Positions 49,600 through 63,099 of a DNA stretch of 64,000 nt are shown here, one piece after another; position 1 is the first letter of the stretch, and the number at the start of each line of letters is the position of its first letter. The DNA is from Lama glama (taxonomy: Eukaryota). The translations under genes and the position numbers were made by a program. The DNA lies in the NCBI GenBank assembly GCA_028534125.1, contig CM052816.1, forward strand, positions 75,146,001 through 75,210,000, in the 5' to 3' direction. Under the pieces are notes generated by a model. That model did no database searches. It was not told the origin of the DNA and saw only the letters and a list, made by a program, of their open reading frames with translations.

Positions 49600-49875
49600 C
49601 AACTTTTCACAACACAACAGTTCTTTCATAAATATAATGACTTTTCACAAACACAACCAGAACCCAGATCCAGAAACAGAACAAGGCCAGCCCCTGGAGC
49701 ACCCATCGTTCTCACGTCCAGCCCAAGGATGTTTGCTACCTTGACTGCTAATACCATGCTTGGCTTTTGCCTGTGTTTGAATTTTATATACATAGAAGCA
49801 TATCTTAGTTACTCTTCTGTGTTCTGGGTTCTTTCATATTATGTTTGTGAATCTCAGCCATATTGCTGCATGTAT
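49600..49875 (-). mobile_element. Old L1ME-like 3' fragment
   Basis: 'acccagatccagaaacagaacaaggccagc...ttttgcctgtgtttgaattttatata...atgtttgtgaatctcagccatattg'. Confidence 0.65.
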
Positions 49876-49911
49876 GGAAGATGCGGCTGAGAAAATGTTC
49901 CAGAAAGTAGA

Positions 49912-50032
49912 CGAGAAAGGGAGGGAGAGAGAGAGAGAAAAGGAAGGGTCAGAGAGGAGAGGAGAAGGAGGAGGAAGACGGAGACAAAGCAGGGAGAGGA
50001 GGAGTGACAAGAGGGGAGAGAAATATGAGGGA
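49912..50032. repeat. GA-rich low-complexity tract
   Basis: About 120 nt of almost pure purine. Confidence 0.85.
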
Positions 50033-50224
50033 AATTTAAAAATAAAGAGTTAAATAATTGAGAGATATTACCTGAAGAAAGTGGGCTTACAAGGTGGGGA
50101 AAGATGGAGGAGAAGACTGCTGTTTTTATTAATGTAAACCTTTTAATGATGATGATGATAGTAATAATAACAATAATAATTAAAAAAACACTTATCAAGC
50201 ATTTACTATACACCAGATGAGTTC

Positions 50225-50588
50225 TTTATTAATTTGCTCTAATAAATACCACAGATTGGGTGACTTAAACAACATAGCTTTATTTTCTCACAGTTCTGGA
50301 GACTAGAAATCCAAGGTCAAGGTGTTGTCAGGGTCGGATTCCTCTGCAGGTCTCTCTCCTTGGCTCGTAGATGGTCACCTCCTCATGTCTTCACATGACC
50401 CTCCCTCAGGGTGTGTGCGTTCTAATCTCTTCTTATAAAGACAACAGTCATGTTGGGTTAGGACTTGACTTCATTTTACCTTAATCACCTCTTTAAAAAC
50501 CCAATCTCTAAATACAGTGCCATCCCAAGGCACTGGAGGTTGGGACATAATCATGTGTATTTTGGGGGAACACAGTTCAGCCTGTAAG
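50225..50588 (-). mobile_element. MLT1B/C-type MaLR LTR nested in a MIR (MIR about 50170-50220 and 50590-50770)
   Basis: 'aataccacagattgggtgacttaaacaaca...tctcacagttctggagactagaaatccaag...cacagttcagcc'. MIR resumes with 'acagatgagaaaatggaggcaca...ggttaagtgacttgccc'. Confidence 0.88.
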
Positions 50589-52721
50589 TGAAGTCTGTCA
50601 AACCCTGTGAAAGATGTGCTATTATTATTCCTATTTAACAGATGAGAAAATGGAGGCACAAAGTGGTTAAGTGACTTGCCCACGATCACAGAGCTACAAA
50701 TACAAAACCACAGTTTGAACCAGGCAGCCTGTCTCCTGTCCCTGTCTGTGCTCTTACCCACAACACTATACTGCTTCTTCTATTTGATTTGTAAATTCTA
50801 TGCATGCTACTTGGATAAAAACAGAAATTATTAAAAATATAAACAGTGTTTCTTTTAAAATTTCACCCAGGGCTTGTCTTGGGATTAGAAAAATGCTTGC
50901 TGATTTTGTGTCCTAAGGACTGCAGACCTCTAGGATCATACCTCATGTCAACTTTTAAGATTTCTTTGGCTGTGATTTCTTCCTCAGGAGATGCTTTGGA
51001 TGGGGGCTATTTTTCCTTTGATACCTGGGCATGCTGGGCTTCCTGGATGGTGCTTCTTCAGTGTGTACATCCTAAGTGGATGAGGGCAATCTAGTCATCA
51101 CATTACCTCCAGTGTGCGGACAGTCCTGAGAGTGGTAACCATAGTTACCTTACATCCAAGTGGCTTTGAAGTGACTTGCTCCAAAGGAAATTCCGAGCTG
51201 AAGCTAGAAGATTGCATTTGGGGGAGAATGAAAAAGGAAATTAAAAAGGAGGGAGGCAGTCAAGAAAGTGCAGGAGGTGGGGAGGATGGGGGGTGAGCTG
51301 GGGCAGACTGGACGTGAGGAGCAGAGATGGAAACCAAGTGGGCTTCCTCCAAGTTGAGTAAAAGTCAAGACTCTCTTCACTGAATTGCACTTCTGCTTTA
51401 GTGTTTCTGTATCATGTAATTTCCATTAAGTTTCAGTTTAGGATCTCTTGTCTTAACATTTCTACTAACATGGGCTGGTTATCATCTCCACTCCCTATAA
51501 ATTTTCTATAAGTAAGATCGTGATTATTGCTATGAGTTAACCCACTCTGCTTTTGACATGTGATGGGTGCCTTATTTTTCATGTCTTAGGCAGTAGACCG
51601 GAAAGCAGGTAAAAAGAAGGAGACTTTCTACCAGCTTTTAATCACTCTGGGAATAGTCTAACCACGTCCTTTAAATCAATGACATACATAATTATAGGAC
51701 CAGACGAGGAACAAAACACTAACAGGAACTCAAAGGAACAAGCACTGAAGTACAGAACTGCCTGAAATGCCTTAAGACCCTTCATTGCTTAGCTGACACC
51801 ATCTGTTAACATGCGAGGAAATTCAGAGGTCTCAGGGTTATAGCTGCAGGTATAGAGGAGCCAGATGGAACCATCTTAGCAGCTGTGGAATGTAGGGAAT
51901 AATTATTCTTCCCTGTATTTTGTGGCCTGAAGAGTTCTCAGTAGATGTAGCTAAAATAATCAAAGCCAGATGGTTCGGGGGAGATGTCACACATGGCCCC
52001 AGACCCCTTTGCCTGCTTTCTGCCCTCTTGCCCCAGTGTGTGGCCAGCAAGCCCCGGATCCACCTGGTGAATCAAGATGAATATAGAATTCAGGCATAAA
52101 CAACTTTACTGCAATGTCCTTGGTGCCCTAGCAGGAGTGGGCTCATCGGCTGCCATGACATTTTAGTTCATAAACTATCATGCATTTCCCACGTACCATG
52201 CATGGACTGCTCTTCACTGCTCGTGTCCTCGGACAGCTGCAGTTTCTGAATTGTTCACAACATCCGTTATGCCCAGAGCTGCCCCATGGGACCCCTTTTC
52301 TTGTGTTACATAACAATTCTATAGCGTGCCTGTGTCTTTATTTCTCATGCTGTTTCTTTAGATCCTGATGGTTGTTGTATGCCTTCAGAGACGATCAGTA
52401 GTCTTTCACAGATGGAAGCTTGCTTGTCAATGAAGTGTAACTAGCACCTCTCTGCTAATATCTCCTTGTTGGTCCTTGTCTTGTTGGAGCAGGGAGCCAT
52501 ATATTCCTTTGGGTGTGGGAAAATTCCTCATTTGATTCTTCTGTCCCAATTCCACACCAAAGTCACTGTAGTGGAATTAATCTAGGTGACCAGTAAGATG
52601 ATGCTCCCTATATCTGCTTATGATCAAACTTTCATTGTGTACTGTTTTTTCCTACTCATAAACTGCCTGATGATTCAGGACTAAAGAATAGGGAGCATGG
52701 TACAGAGAAGATGCCATCCTA

Positions 52722-52921
52722 TCAGCAACGTGGGGGTTGGATGGAACTGGCTCACAAGAGCTGATTTTAAATATTCAGGAATTTTGCAAGCCAGTTGTTA
52801 AAAGCTGGTTGATAGCTTGAAATCAGCCACTGTGGGAATATTTACACCACGGAAGTTGGCAAACACTGCGGATCAGGGCTTCCCCCCCGCCCCCCCAGAG
52901 ATATGATTTACCAGCACACTG
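52722..52921. mobile_element. MER63A-like hAT-Blackjack element
   Basis: 'ctggctcacaagagctgattttaaatattcaggaattttgcaagccagttgttaaa...gcttgaaatcagcca...tatttacaccacggaa...tttaccagcacac'. Confidence 0.85.
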
Positions 52922-54359
52922 TCTGAGTCTCAGATATAAGATGTGTGTTTATGAGAGACTGGGTAAAGGAGGGGAGGAATATGGAGGCATGCACACTCTT
53001 CAATTTCCCAGAGGAAAAAGCTTGTAATGCAAATTCTGAAACATAAGTCAGTTCAACTGGCTCTCATAAAGTGTAAAAATAACCAATTTTTAATCAAATA
53101 AAAAATTTTAAATATGACACTGCTGTAATCCAGTGATCTGTGCTTTCTCAGACATTATAGAGGAAAATGCCTGGGGTCCCTGCATTCAGTTTGCTTGCAA
53201 GAGAGTCTGGATTACTGCCAGGTATCAGCTATTGCTCAGCTGATACTATGTTCTGAAAGCTGAATGGCTCTAACACAAATCTGCACAGCAGGACTGAGAA
53301 GCCATCCTGCTTTCTCTTGCCTAGTTCTGGACCCTTTGGAGGTGTGGTTGATCACACAAAAATAGGGCTTTGTTTTTCAAAGGGGAAAAGAAGATCTCTT
53401 GACTTCAAAGAAACATTAGTACTAATAGCTCTCAATTCAAAAATGTGTTCTCCCAAGTTTCTCTGTCGCCGCAGTCCCAGTGGTTTCGCTTGAGTGTTGG
53501 TATTTTAAGCCTGCTGCAATTTGCTTTGCCATCACAGTGAAGACACCTTTCAATTACAGCTCTCCCCGTCTCTTTTAGGACCCTAGCCTCTCTAAAGGTT
53601 TTGTGCTTATGCTTACAGAGTGCGCCAGAAACACTAATTTATTAATCTAAACCATAACCAGATGCAAGAATTCTGCAATTAATAGCTCGCTGGATGCTTT
53701 GGCAACTAGTTTCCAAAGTACCAAAAAAATCTGTGATCTCCTTGGGACCCACAAATCCACTGTTGCTTGTCCTGAACCACTCAGGGACTGCCTAAGAACA
53801 AGAGTGAAAAAATAAATGTAACACTTACAAAATAAAAATCTCATGCTTCCAGTTCAAATCTTTTACAGGATATAAAATTCAAAATAAACAAAGAAGGTAA
53901 ACAATGTAAAGTTAGTCTCCCTCCAAGCCCTAAGTTTGAGCTTTCTCCCCCTGTTTTTTTTTTTAATTAGATTACCTAAGGCTTTATCTGTTTTGCCCTT
54001 TTTTTAAGAACTAAATTTAGAAAGTATTCATTTAGCTCTATAATTTTCTGTTATCTAATGTGTTAACTTTTGCTACTATCTCTATTAAGTCTTTCTTTAA
54101 GTTTATTTTGTTGTTGAATATTTACTATTTACTTCACCAGTTGTAGCCTTTTTCCTTCATGGGAATAAGGATTTAGGGCTATGGATATAGCTTTAGTGTT
54201 ATTCTTTAGTTCTGTTTTTAATATTGTTACATTCTAGGTATTCTGCAATTTCAGTTTTGATTTTCTTTGGCCTACAAATAGGCTTTAAAATAACAAAATG
54301 GACAAGTTCCAATCCTTGGGCAGGAATTTCTAGCTTTGACTCGAGAAAGCACTAGTAAC

Positions 54360-54610
54360 TGATATGTATTCAGTGTTAACTACTGGCCAGGCACTCTGCT
54401 CAAGGCTGTACATGCATTATTTTACTTACTCTTCAAACGAAGACTTTGAAATAGTTACTACTATCTACATTTATTATACTTTTATCCTTTGACCAGTATT
54501 AAATATCGAGACTGAAGATTAGACAAGTTGAAGGGCTTGACCAAGATCACAACCTAGCGCGTGGCAGAGCCAAGACTGAAACCCAGGCACTCTCAGCCCA
54601 GAGCCAGGCT
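54360..54610 (-). mobile_element. MIR SINE
   Basis: 'gccaggcactctgctcaagg...gcttgaccaagatcacaacctag...gtggcagagccaagactgaaacccagg'. Confidence 0.75.
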
Positions 54611-54978
54611 GTTGGTGTTGTTCTATGTGAACGTGTCTGTTGTCCCCACTCACCAGCTGTGGAGCTGCTGGCTTCTTAACTGGAGGGACTCAACCCTGTT
54701 GCTTGGGACGGACGTTTGTGCAACGTCTCTTTCAGAGATAAATCACATTCCAAATCAGGAGGAAGAGGGAGTGCTCCTTGAGTCATCTCACCGAAATGAC
54801 TCCCCACGTAGATTTATTAATCACCGGGGCCTCTGATTCCATCGTTCTCTGCCCAGTGCTGCACAAGGCCGTTAACTGACATGGTCTTCGCTCTTTTTAT
54901 ACCCATTGTATATTCAGTGTTGTAGAACTCAGTTTAGGAAAAGGCTATTGATAATTATTTCATGAGCATCTTTTTCTG

Positions 54979-55140
54979 CAGTGGCTTTCACACTTGACTG
55001 CATGTGAGAATCACCTGGGGAGTTAAAAAAAAAAAACTCATCTGGGGAATTAAAAAAAACTCAATGACCAAATCTCATTCCAGACCAATTCAGAAAATTC
55101 TAGAGGTGAGATCTACGCATTAGCTGGTATTTTAAAATTG
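54979..55140. mobile_element. MER5A1-like element
   Basis: 'cagtggctttcacacttgactgcatgtgagaatcacctggggagttaaaa...ccagaccaatt'. Confidence 0.7.
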
Positions 55141-55399
55141 TGATGTCTTAGATAATGAGAGTGTCTATACTATTGTTTCTAGAAAACAAATACTATCATT
55201 CAACTGTTTAGTTAGTGAGTTTATTTTAAGAATAATTTTTTTCTCCCCCAATGTAAAAGTAGTTTATCTTCACTGTATAAAATTTGAAAATAATAGCAAA
55301 AAAACTGTAGAACTCCAAGATATCAATTAGCAAAGTGATAATTAGGTGAAGTATAGGTATATTCATTCTCCAAAGGTCTTTCTTACTAAACCAATGTTG

Positions 55400-57330
55400 A
55401 TCATATAATCATGTAAGTCTACAATGATTTACCATGGCAAATGCCAGAAAGGAAAATATAGGTAGTTATTAGAACATACAGTAGGAGAACCTCTTTCAGG
55501 CTGGCACTCAGAATGATTTTCCCTAAAAAGTTGGAGTTGAAAACTGAGATTTGCAGAACAAAGAAAGAATAGGAATGAATTAGTCAAAGGTAGATGGGAA
55601 AAGCCCTCGGATATAGAGTTAACAGCCTGACAGAAGACCACTGGGTAGAGTGTGTGTGTGTGGGGGAGTAGGCACAGCCTCTTCTATCACTAAAGACCAG
55701 GGTGTCTGAAGTGTAGGGGATGGGGAGTCTGTAGAGGAATATGGGAACCCACTTTTTCAGACATTGCAAAGCACATTAAAATTTTTGGTCTTATTTTAAG
55801 TGCATTGGGAAATCACTAAAGGATTTTAGGCAGAGACATGGAATGATCAGAGTTGTGTTGATCAGTTGTGTTGATCAGAGTTGAGTTGAGAAGACCTCTT
55901 TGCCTTGGAGGCTAGACTAGAGAAGGCACAAGGAAAATGGGGTGATCAAGTAGAATAAAAGCTGATAGATTAACAGTAGCTTAGACTGAGATGGTAGCAA
56001 GGGAATTACAGAGAAAGGGCAGGGGAGAAGAGAACAGATTAGATATTCAAGAGGTAGAATTGGCAGAATTTGGTGAAGGATTATATGAGAGAATTAAGGA
56101 GGAGAGTGATTTTCTGGCTTTAATCATTGGTTATAAGATACTCTGTTTCCTAAGACTGAAAAGAGGGTGGAGGACAAGATTGGAAGGAAAGAAGAATTCA
56201 GTGTTGAACAGGTTGATTTTGAGGTATGCTTAATATGACCAAGTGGAGAAAATACATTAAAAATGTGGAAAATCAAGCTAGGAGCTCAGAAGAGAGGTTA
56301 GGGTGGGAGGTATATATCTGAAAATTACTGGTTTGTGACTGTTGATTAAAGCCTTTGGTGGTAGTGAGATTTCCAGAGGAGAAAGGGTAGACTTTAGAAG
56401 AGGTCAGGCTGAGTCTTGAAGAATGCTAATACTTATATCCAGATAGAGGAGGCTGAATTCACAAAGGAAACTGAGGAGGACTGAGAGGCAAGAGGAAAGT
56501 CAGGAAGGTTCAAAGAAACATGAAGAAGACAGTGTGGACTTTTAAAATAAGGACTTGTTACTAGTGCAAAATTCTGCTGGCAACTCACCTAAGATGAGGA
56601 CTGAGAAATGCCTGTGCCTTTTAGCAATGTGGAGGTAGGTCAGCAGTGACCTTAATAAAAGCCATCCTGGTGAGGGGTGGGTGTATAATCAGATTCCACT
56701 GTCCCGAGGAGTGGGTGGGAGGTGAGGAGAGAGCCAATAAGGATAAAAAAAAAAATTACTTTTAGAAGTTTGGCAGTGAAGGGGAGAAGAGAGGTAGGGT
56801 GATTATAAAGGGTTATGTGGCTGAAGGAAGTGTTTTGATTTTGTGTTTTAAGATGGGATAGACTTGAGGCTATTTGAAGACTCAGCTAGAGATAGTTTCT
56901 GAGGAGGTAGGATGAAATTGGGTTAACAAAAAGAGGGGCTGACTTAGACAGGAGGAAGTACACCCTTTCTTACAACAGGAGGAATTAGAAAAGTAGGCAT
57001 ATACATATAGTAAGGTATGCAGGTTTTGTCAAGGCACACAGGGGTTTCTTGTCTGTGAGCATCTATTTCTCTGTAAAGTAGCAAGTGAGGTTGTCTGCTG
57101 TGAAGACTGCCTGTGAATTATGGGGTATATATATGAGTATGTGTGTGTGTGGGTGTGCAGGTGTGTTAAGGTATGCTGGGGACAGGGTCAGAGGTTGAAA
57201 GAGAGTGGAAGAATTTTGAAATAGTCATTACAGAGAGTGGGAAATTGAGCTGACTAGATCAAATAGTGGAATTACTGGGTAGTGTTGAGGTTTAGTTGAA
57301 GGAAATGATCATGAATTTATAATAATACAA
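55400..57330 (-). mobile_element. Long decayed L2 LINE segment
   Basis: Purine-rich antisense L2 motifs: 'tgggaaatcactaaaggattttaggcag', 'gaggtagaattggcagaatttggtga', 'ctaagatgaggactgagaaatgcc', 'gaagtttggcagtgaagggg'. Confidence 0.8.
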
Positions 57331-57340
57331 GTACACTTGC

Positions 57341-58560
57341 TTCATTTACTTATTCATTCAACAAATATTTATTGTGTTAGCACTGTTCTAGGTACTGAGG
57401 ATATAGCAACAACGAAAGAAAATCTGTGTCATCATAGAACCTACATTCCCACAGAGGAAGACAAAAATCATGTAAATAAGTGTATCATATGCATAATGTT
57501 AGGTGGTGATAGATGCTGTCCAGAAAAATCACAGGCAGTTATGGGAGGACATTTGTTATGCAGGGTAGTCAGGGAGAGAGACATTTAAAGCAGACACATG
57601 AATGAAATGTGGAAGTGATACTAATTGAACTGGAAGAAGAGTATTTCAAGTCAGGAAATACTTGGTAAATGCAAATGCCCTGAGGCAGGAAGAATCAGCA
57701 ATGAGGTCAGAGTGGCTGGAGTGACACGAAGAGGAGACAGGCCAGCATGGAGAATGTGGGCCAAATCACTGATTGTTCTAAAGCAAGGAAAGGATTTTAG
57801 ATTTTTTAACTGAAGTATGGCAATACTGTGTTAGGTGTACAGCAAATGATTCAGCTATACATATATTTCAGATTATTTTCTGAAATAGGTTATTACAACC
57901 TATTATTTTCTGTATAGGTTATTACAAGATATTGAATATAGTTCCCTGTGCTATACAGTAAACCCTGTTGCTTACTTATTTTATCTATAGTTGTATGTAT
58001 ATGTTAATCCCATACTCTTAATTTACCCTTCCCCCCACCTTTCCTCTTTGGTAACCCTAAGTTTGTTTTCTATGCCTATGAGTCTGCTTTCACTCTGTAT
58101 AGAGATTCATTTGTATTATTTTTTAGATTCCATATGTAATTTGAATTGTAATCAGAGGGAGCTGAGAAGCCATCAGAAGGTTCTGAGCAGGAGTGCCATG
58201 ATAGATCTTGCATGTTGGAATTTTTCTCTAGAAAAACTCAGCTGCCTGAGGGCAAACTTGGAGGATGTCCTGGACTTGAGTTGGCAAGTACAAAGGGAAG
58301 ACAGAGAGGTATCGAGCATAGAGTTATGGAGCTTGTTGACTCTAGAATATAAGTTGGCTAAGGAAGGACATTAAAGACAGGTAGAAGCCAGTGGATAGGG
58401 AAAGGACAGAATTATCAATGAACTTGAGGCTCCATAAGGATAAAGAATGGTCAAACAAATTAGTGAGAAGGAAAGGAGACCAGTCAGAGAGGGGTATGTG
58501 GGTTTAAGGGCAGTGTAGCCTCATGCAATGCCAAGATCCATGGTGTAACTGGGAGAGAGT
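57341..58560 (-). mobile_element. Second L2 3' end (own tail) with nested L1, followed by further L2 remnants
   Basis: Tail 'ttcattcaacaaatatttattg'; 'gcaaatgccctgaggcagga'; resumes after the L1 with 'gaagccatcagaaggttctgagcagg'. Confidence 0.7.
57803..58137 (-). mobile_element. L1 3' end nested in L2
   Basis: 'ggttattacaagatattgaatatagttccctgtgctatacagta...ggtaaccctaagtttgttttctatg...ttttagattccatatg'. Confidence 0.9.
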
Positions 58561-58966
58561 GGTTAAGTGAGAAGGTTGAGGAAGGGAGAGGCTAAGTGTT
58601 TGCTGAACTAGGTATATAATTATATTTTAATATTTAGTTTAAGCTGAATTTTTTTCCATTAGCTATACACTTAAAAAAATGTTCTAAAGAACACTGGAAA
58701 CCTTGACAAAACACGTTACTGTTAAGTAGGGCAGAGTTCAGAGTCCTGTTTAGAATGCTTTAAAAAGAAGATTTTCTTGAGTGGTGTCCTATTGAAACAT
58801 CGATGAAGGAGGTGTGTTTGGTGCTAGTCAAGTATGAGTGGGAGAGTAGGTAGGTGGGCTCTAGAGTTTTTAGCACTGTTTAAGTGGGTCACAGCTAGAA
58901 AGTTTGAGAATTGCTAAATTATTTCACCACATTCACTTAAAAAATGAATTAACTGAGACCACTTAA

Positions 58967-59120
58967 TAGTGATTAACCTGGCTGATTACTGAATCATCTA
59001 CAGAGCTGTTTCAAAATACAAGCACCCAGTTCCCACCCTGGAACTAATGAAGCCCTTGTATATTTGTATATTTATACAAATCTCAATGGACTTTGCACAG
59101 CCAGGATTGGAAAACCACTG
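58967..59120. mobile_element. MER5A1-like element
   Basis: 'aacctggctgattactgaatcatct...gcacagccaggattggaaaaccactg'. Confidence 0.65.
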
Positions 59121-59149
59121 GAATCATGCTTAGTGGATAGCTTAGTGAA

Positions 59150-59610
59150 TAGCTTTTACCCGTCCATATCCATGGTCTCTTTTCTTGGTCATGGGGATGT
59201 GACTTTACCCTGGGACACCACTCCTAACTCATTCTTGGTCTACGTGCTGTCAGCAGAACTGAGGCTCCTCTGGCTTCAGGGTTGGAGGTGGGTGATTTGG
59301 GAATCACATTTCTCTTTCTATAGAGATTTGGTTTAGGAACAGCATAGAACCCAAGCCAAGGTGTTTTTTTCCCAGGACATTTGCTTCACTGACTGAGTTA
59401 TTCTCTCAACCATGGGCTTCACCCTGGGAGGCTGTAAGCAGGCAGTTGCTGACTAACACAGAGGAAAGCAGAGGCAACAGACAACGGTCCTGCTGACAGT
59501 GCTTATTGGATTGAGCCATTCCTGGTTTTTTAAATTACATGAGCCTATATTTCTCATTTGCTTGTAATTTGAGTTCAGTTCTGTCACTTGCAACTGCAGG
59601 ATTGATACCT
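59150..59610 (+). mobile_element. Old MLT1 (K/L-like) MaLR LTR
   Basis: 3' motif 'ttacatgagcc...tttgagttcagttctgtcacttgcaac' is typical of old MLT1 LTRs. Confidence 0.55.
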
Positions 59611-62600
59611 AAAAGTTGGAGTCTTGTCTACAGTGATGCTGAGTCTCTCTTACTGTTAGATACTCTTCTCGCTCTGGTCATGTGATGTCATCCTTTCATG
59701 TAAACTTTTTTGCCAATCTGGCTCAGGAAATTGACATTCTCAGAATCCATCTTCCATGGCAGGGAGACAAGAAAATAGAATGAGAACAAAATAGGAAGAA
59801 AATGGATTCCCTATGAGGTTATGGTCCCTGGTGACCCCTAGACCTGCTCAGACTGCTCAGTTCTATTTAGACCTCATTAGTATGCACAAAGGGTTAAGGA
59901 GCAAATGGCCTCAGTCAAAAAGAACTATTTGGGATTGAGAATCCAAGAAGTAACTGACTGGAACATTATGTTCTGAACTGAGGTTTAAAATAAAACATAA
60001 GCTAGACATAGTAATCTAAACATTTTCCTGTGTTGGCGTGTTTCTTGGATCACTCCTCTTCATGCCTTTTTTGCAATGGATGCCCAGTTCATAAGGTTAT
60101 GTTACTAATGGTTTCTGAAATAAAGCACAAGATAAGGAATCACTTAATTTCCTAAAGTAATTTTGAAGAAATCAGTTGTTTTTTTTTTTTTTTGCAGGGA
60201 ATGTTGAGAATCTTATTATATTACCTGCCTTATTGAGTGCTCTGCTTCTAGTTCTTTCTTGAATGGTGAGCTCCTGAAATGCCAGAAGGACCCGATTAGG
60301 AGACACATTCAGTTTTAAGTCACTCTCATACTATAGATCCCAAGAGTCACTTAGGAAAAAAGTAGAATTGTATATTCCAGTTCGCCTATTGTCTTGCTGT
60401 TCGTCAGGTAAATAGCTTTCCATTTCTTCAGAATGTCAAGCACTATCATTTTAGTGTCTGTAGGAGAAATCACTGTAACAATTTCTGTACCTGGACTGAA
60501 CACTGATGGACATTTCATGATATAATGTCCAACTATCTCATAAGTTAAAATGCTAGTCAGTGGATAAAATTTAAAAATGCAATCCAAAAAAAAACTTGAT
60601 ATAATTAATCTCCTTTTACTTCTCTTGAAAATGGTACAATCTTGTGACTCCTGGTGAAGGTCATGTTTTAACTGCTTTTCTCAAATGTCACAATCATTTC
60701 AGAATACTGTGTAAGTACCATTTTGGTATCAGTTTCTTCCATGAAACAATTTTGCCTAATAACCTGAAACTCCCCAAGAGCCACAATGTCTAAGTTTCTT
60801 TAATATTAACATGAAACCCAATTTTAGGGGCAAGAAATAGCAAAGAACAATTGGCATGCAGATTTAAAGAACTTTTGCTCAGTTATGTGCTGCTTTCTCT
60901 TCTTTGTTATTATTTGTAGCTTAAGAGTAAATAATAACAGACAAAGAACCACCCCTGCACCTCAAATAAAAAACTGACTAATATAGAATCAATGAGAGCA
61001 TTATATTTCCTTCCTTCCTTAGTACTAAATGTGTCCCAGTTAGGATGGCGCACCGTCCACTAATGTGTGCAGACCACTTTCATTTGTCACTGTCAGTGGA
61101 GTCACACAGAACTGTAGGGAATTCTAAGAGGACATCTCAGCATGATTAAAACCCTCCTGATTTATCCTTTGTCTGTGGGCAATGAGACACTCTCCGTTGA
61201 AAGCTCAAGGTTATTTCTTACATTTAAAAATACAGTTCAGGGCAAGAATAAAGCTGTAATACAACATTCAAAACACAAAAAGCCAGTCAACTAATATTTC
61301 AACTAGTATTAGTCAAGTAATATTTTAAAAAAACAGTCCCTTAGTAAGTATAGAAATGACTCTAATCACACACATACACATGCACCCATGTACACACATC
61401 TACAGCCATATCTTTTAGAAAGGTAAATATCTCATGTTGTTTACACAAATAACTTAGGGGATAATTTCTTGTATACCAGGGACCCCACTTTGAGCTTCAG
61501 CACTGTTTCTCTAGATCTTAGGCATGGCTGATCTCATGTAGACTTCTGTAGGACTGGGCCTGCCAGGTATCCATTTGTGTGAGTGATTCTGGGGTCTCCT
61601 GGGAAAACATACATCTTAAGGAAACTGCTAGAGACTCAAAAGATTCTAAAAAGAGCCATACTTCAGGACTGGAGGGGAAGGGGTGACCTGAGTACAACAT
61701 AGGATCTCTCATGGAAATTGTCCTCCCTCCCAGCAATGCCCACCTTCCAAGGGTTTGGACCTCAGTCTTAGAGTGAGGATGACTTTGAGGGCTTTTTTTA
61801 AAAACCTATTTTATAATGATCTCAGTGAGTTATCAAGAGATCATGAACCCAAGGCAGCATTGCTTTGTGGCTTATGTTAAGAATTTGGCCCAAATGGGAG
61901 AAGGAGACTTTACCAGGGATTACAGCTATTGACTATTCACTTGCAGACTAGACACTGTAGATTGAGCTACTGATTGAACCAGCTTCCGTCTGGAGCAAAG
62001 GAGCTAGACAAGGGCTCACCTATCAGAAGGTACCAGTGGTGTCTCAGTAGCATTGGAGGTTTCAGGGGGTTGAGGCAGTGCATTGGCAGGTACTCATTTT
62101 TGGACCTTCAGCAAACAAAAGTGGCACTGTTTCAGTTAATGGGAAGATCTCACCACAAATATCTGGAGTCTGGATGGGAGGTGAGAGGAGGAGAATGGTA
62201 GGTTCAATATGTGTACATAAAAATCCAACCATTGAAAGTGCAAGAATCACTCAGTGTGTTCATAGTGGGATGCTACACGGAGCCAACCACTACCCAACTG
62301 GAAGAATTACCATCCTGTGACTGTACTTGGGCACCTGCTCTCCTGCCAAGGTTGAAGTGGTCTGGAAAACACACCTGCTTTTTCAGTCTAAAAGAATTCT
62401 TTCCTTCAATAAAGGATTCATCCCAGTGTTCTTTGGATGGTGCGAATAAGATTGTCTTTATCGAAATATTTCTATTAGAGACATTTTTCACAGAACATCT
62501 CATTTATGCAGAGTGAGGATTTTCTAAGCTTTTGGTTGCCATTGTAATCATACATGGGAAAATGGATTGGAAATTAGGGGCTTTTACTTGAAGATTACTA

Positions 62601-63099
62601 AATTGAGTCAAAAGTAAGTTTTTCTAAAAACAAAGATGGGCACACACTTGCTCCTTCTCTTTACCTATCTAAGAGTATATCTCTTGGACACCAGAGCATT
62701 AGTGAAGCATTATTGCATAATTTATATCATGAGGAAATGAACTGCTAGTGGAAAAGCTTTTTGAGGATAATTCAATAAAAAGTGTGTGGAAGTAACTGCC
62801 CAATCTTTGTAATGGTGCTAATATAAAATACTAGACATTTCTTAAAGTATTTCTTTTTACAGAGGTCCTAATTTCTATTAGATACAATTTGGTGACTTTC
62901 TCACTATAAATTGGAAAGGCTTTAGTGGTTCTTGCTAAACTAGAAACTATTAAATTCATCTGACCAGAGTTGTTTAAATTATTAGTATGATATCACTCCT
63001 TTTTAAGAGGATTTTTGTAATCCTGTTTAGTATTGCCCATTTCATGAAAAACGAAGATTTCAAATAGCTCAAAGAATAAGAAAAATGCTTCAAGGACAG

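Noticed and set aside
61974..62516. Cluster of overlapping ORFs, possible processed pseudogene
   Set aside because: No recognisable protein, poly(A) tail or TSD. A BLASTX search would be needed to exclude it fully.
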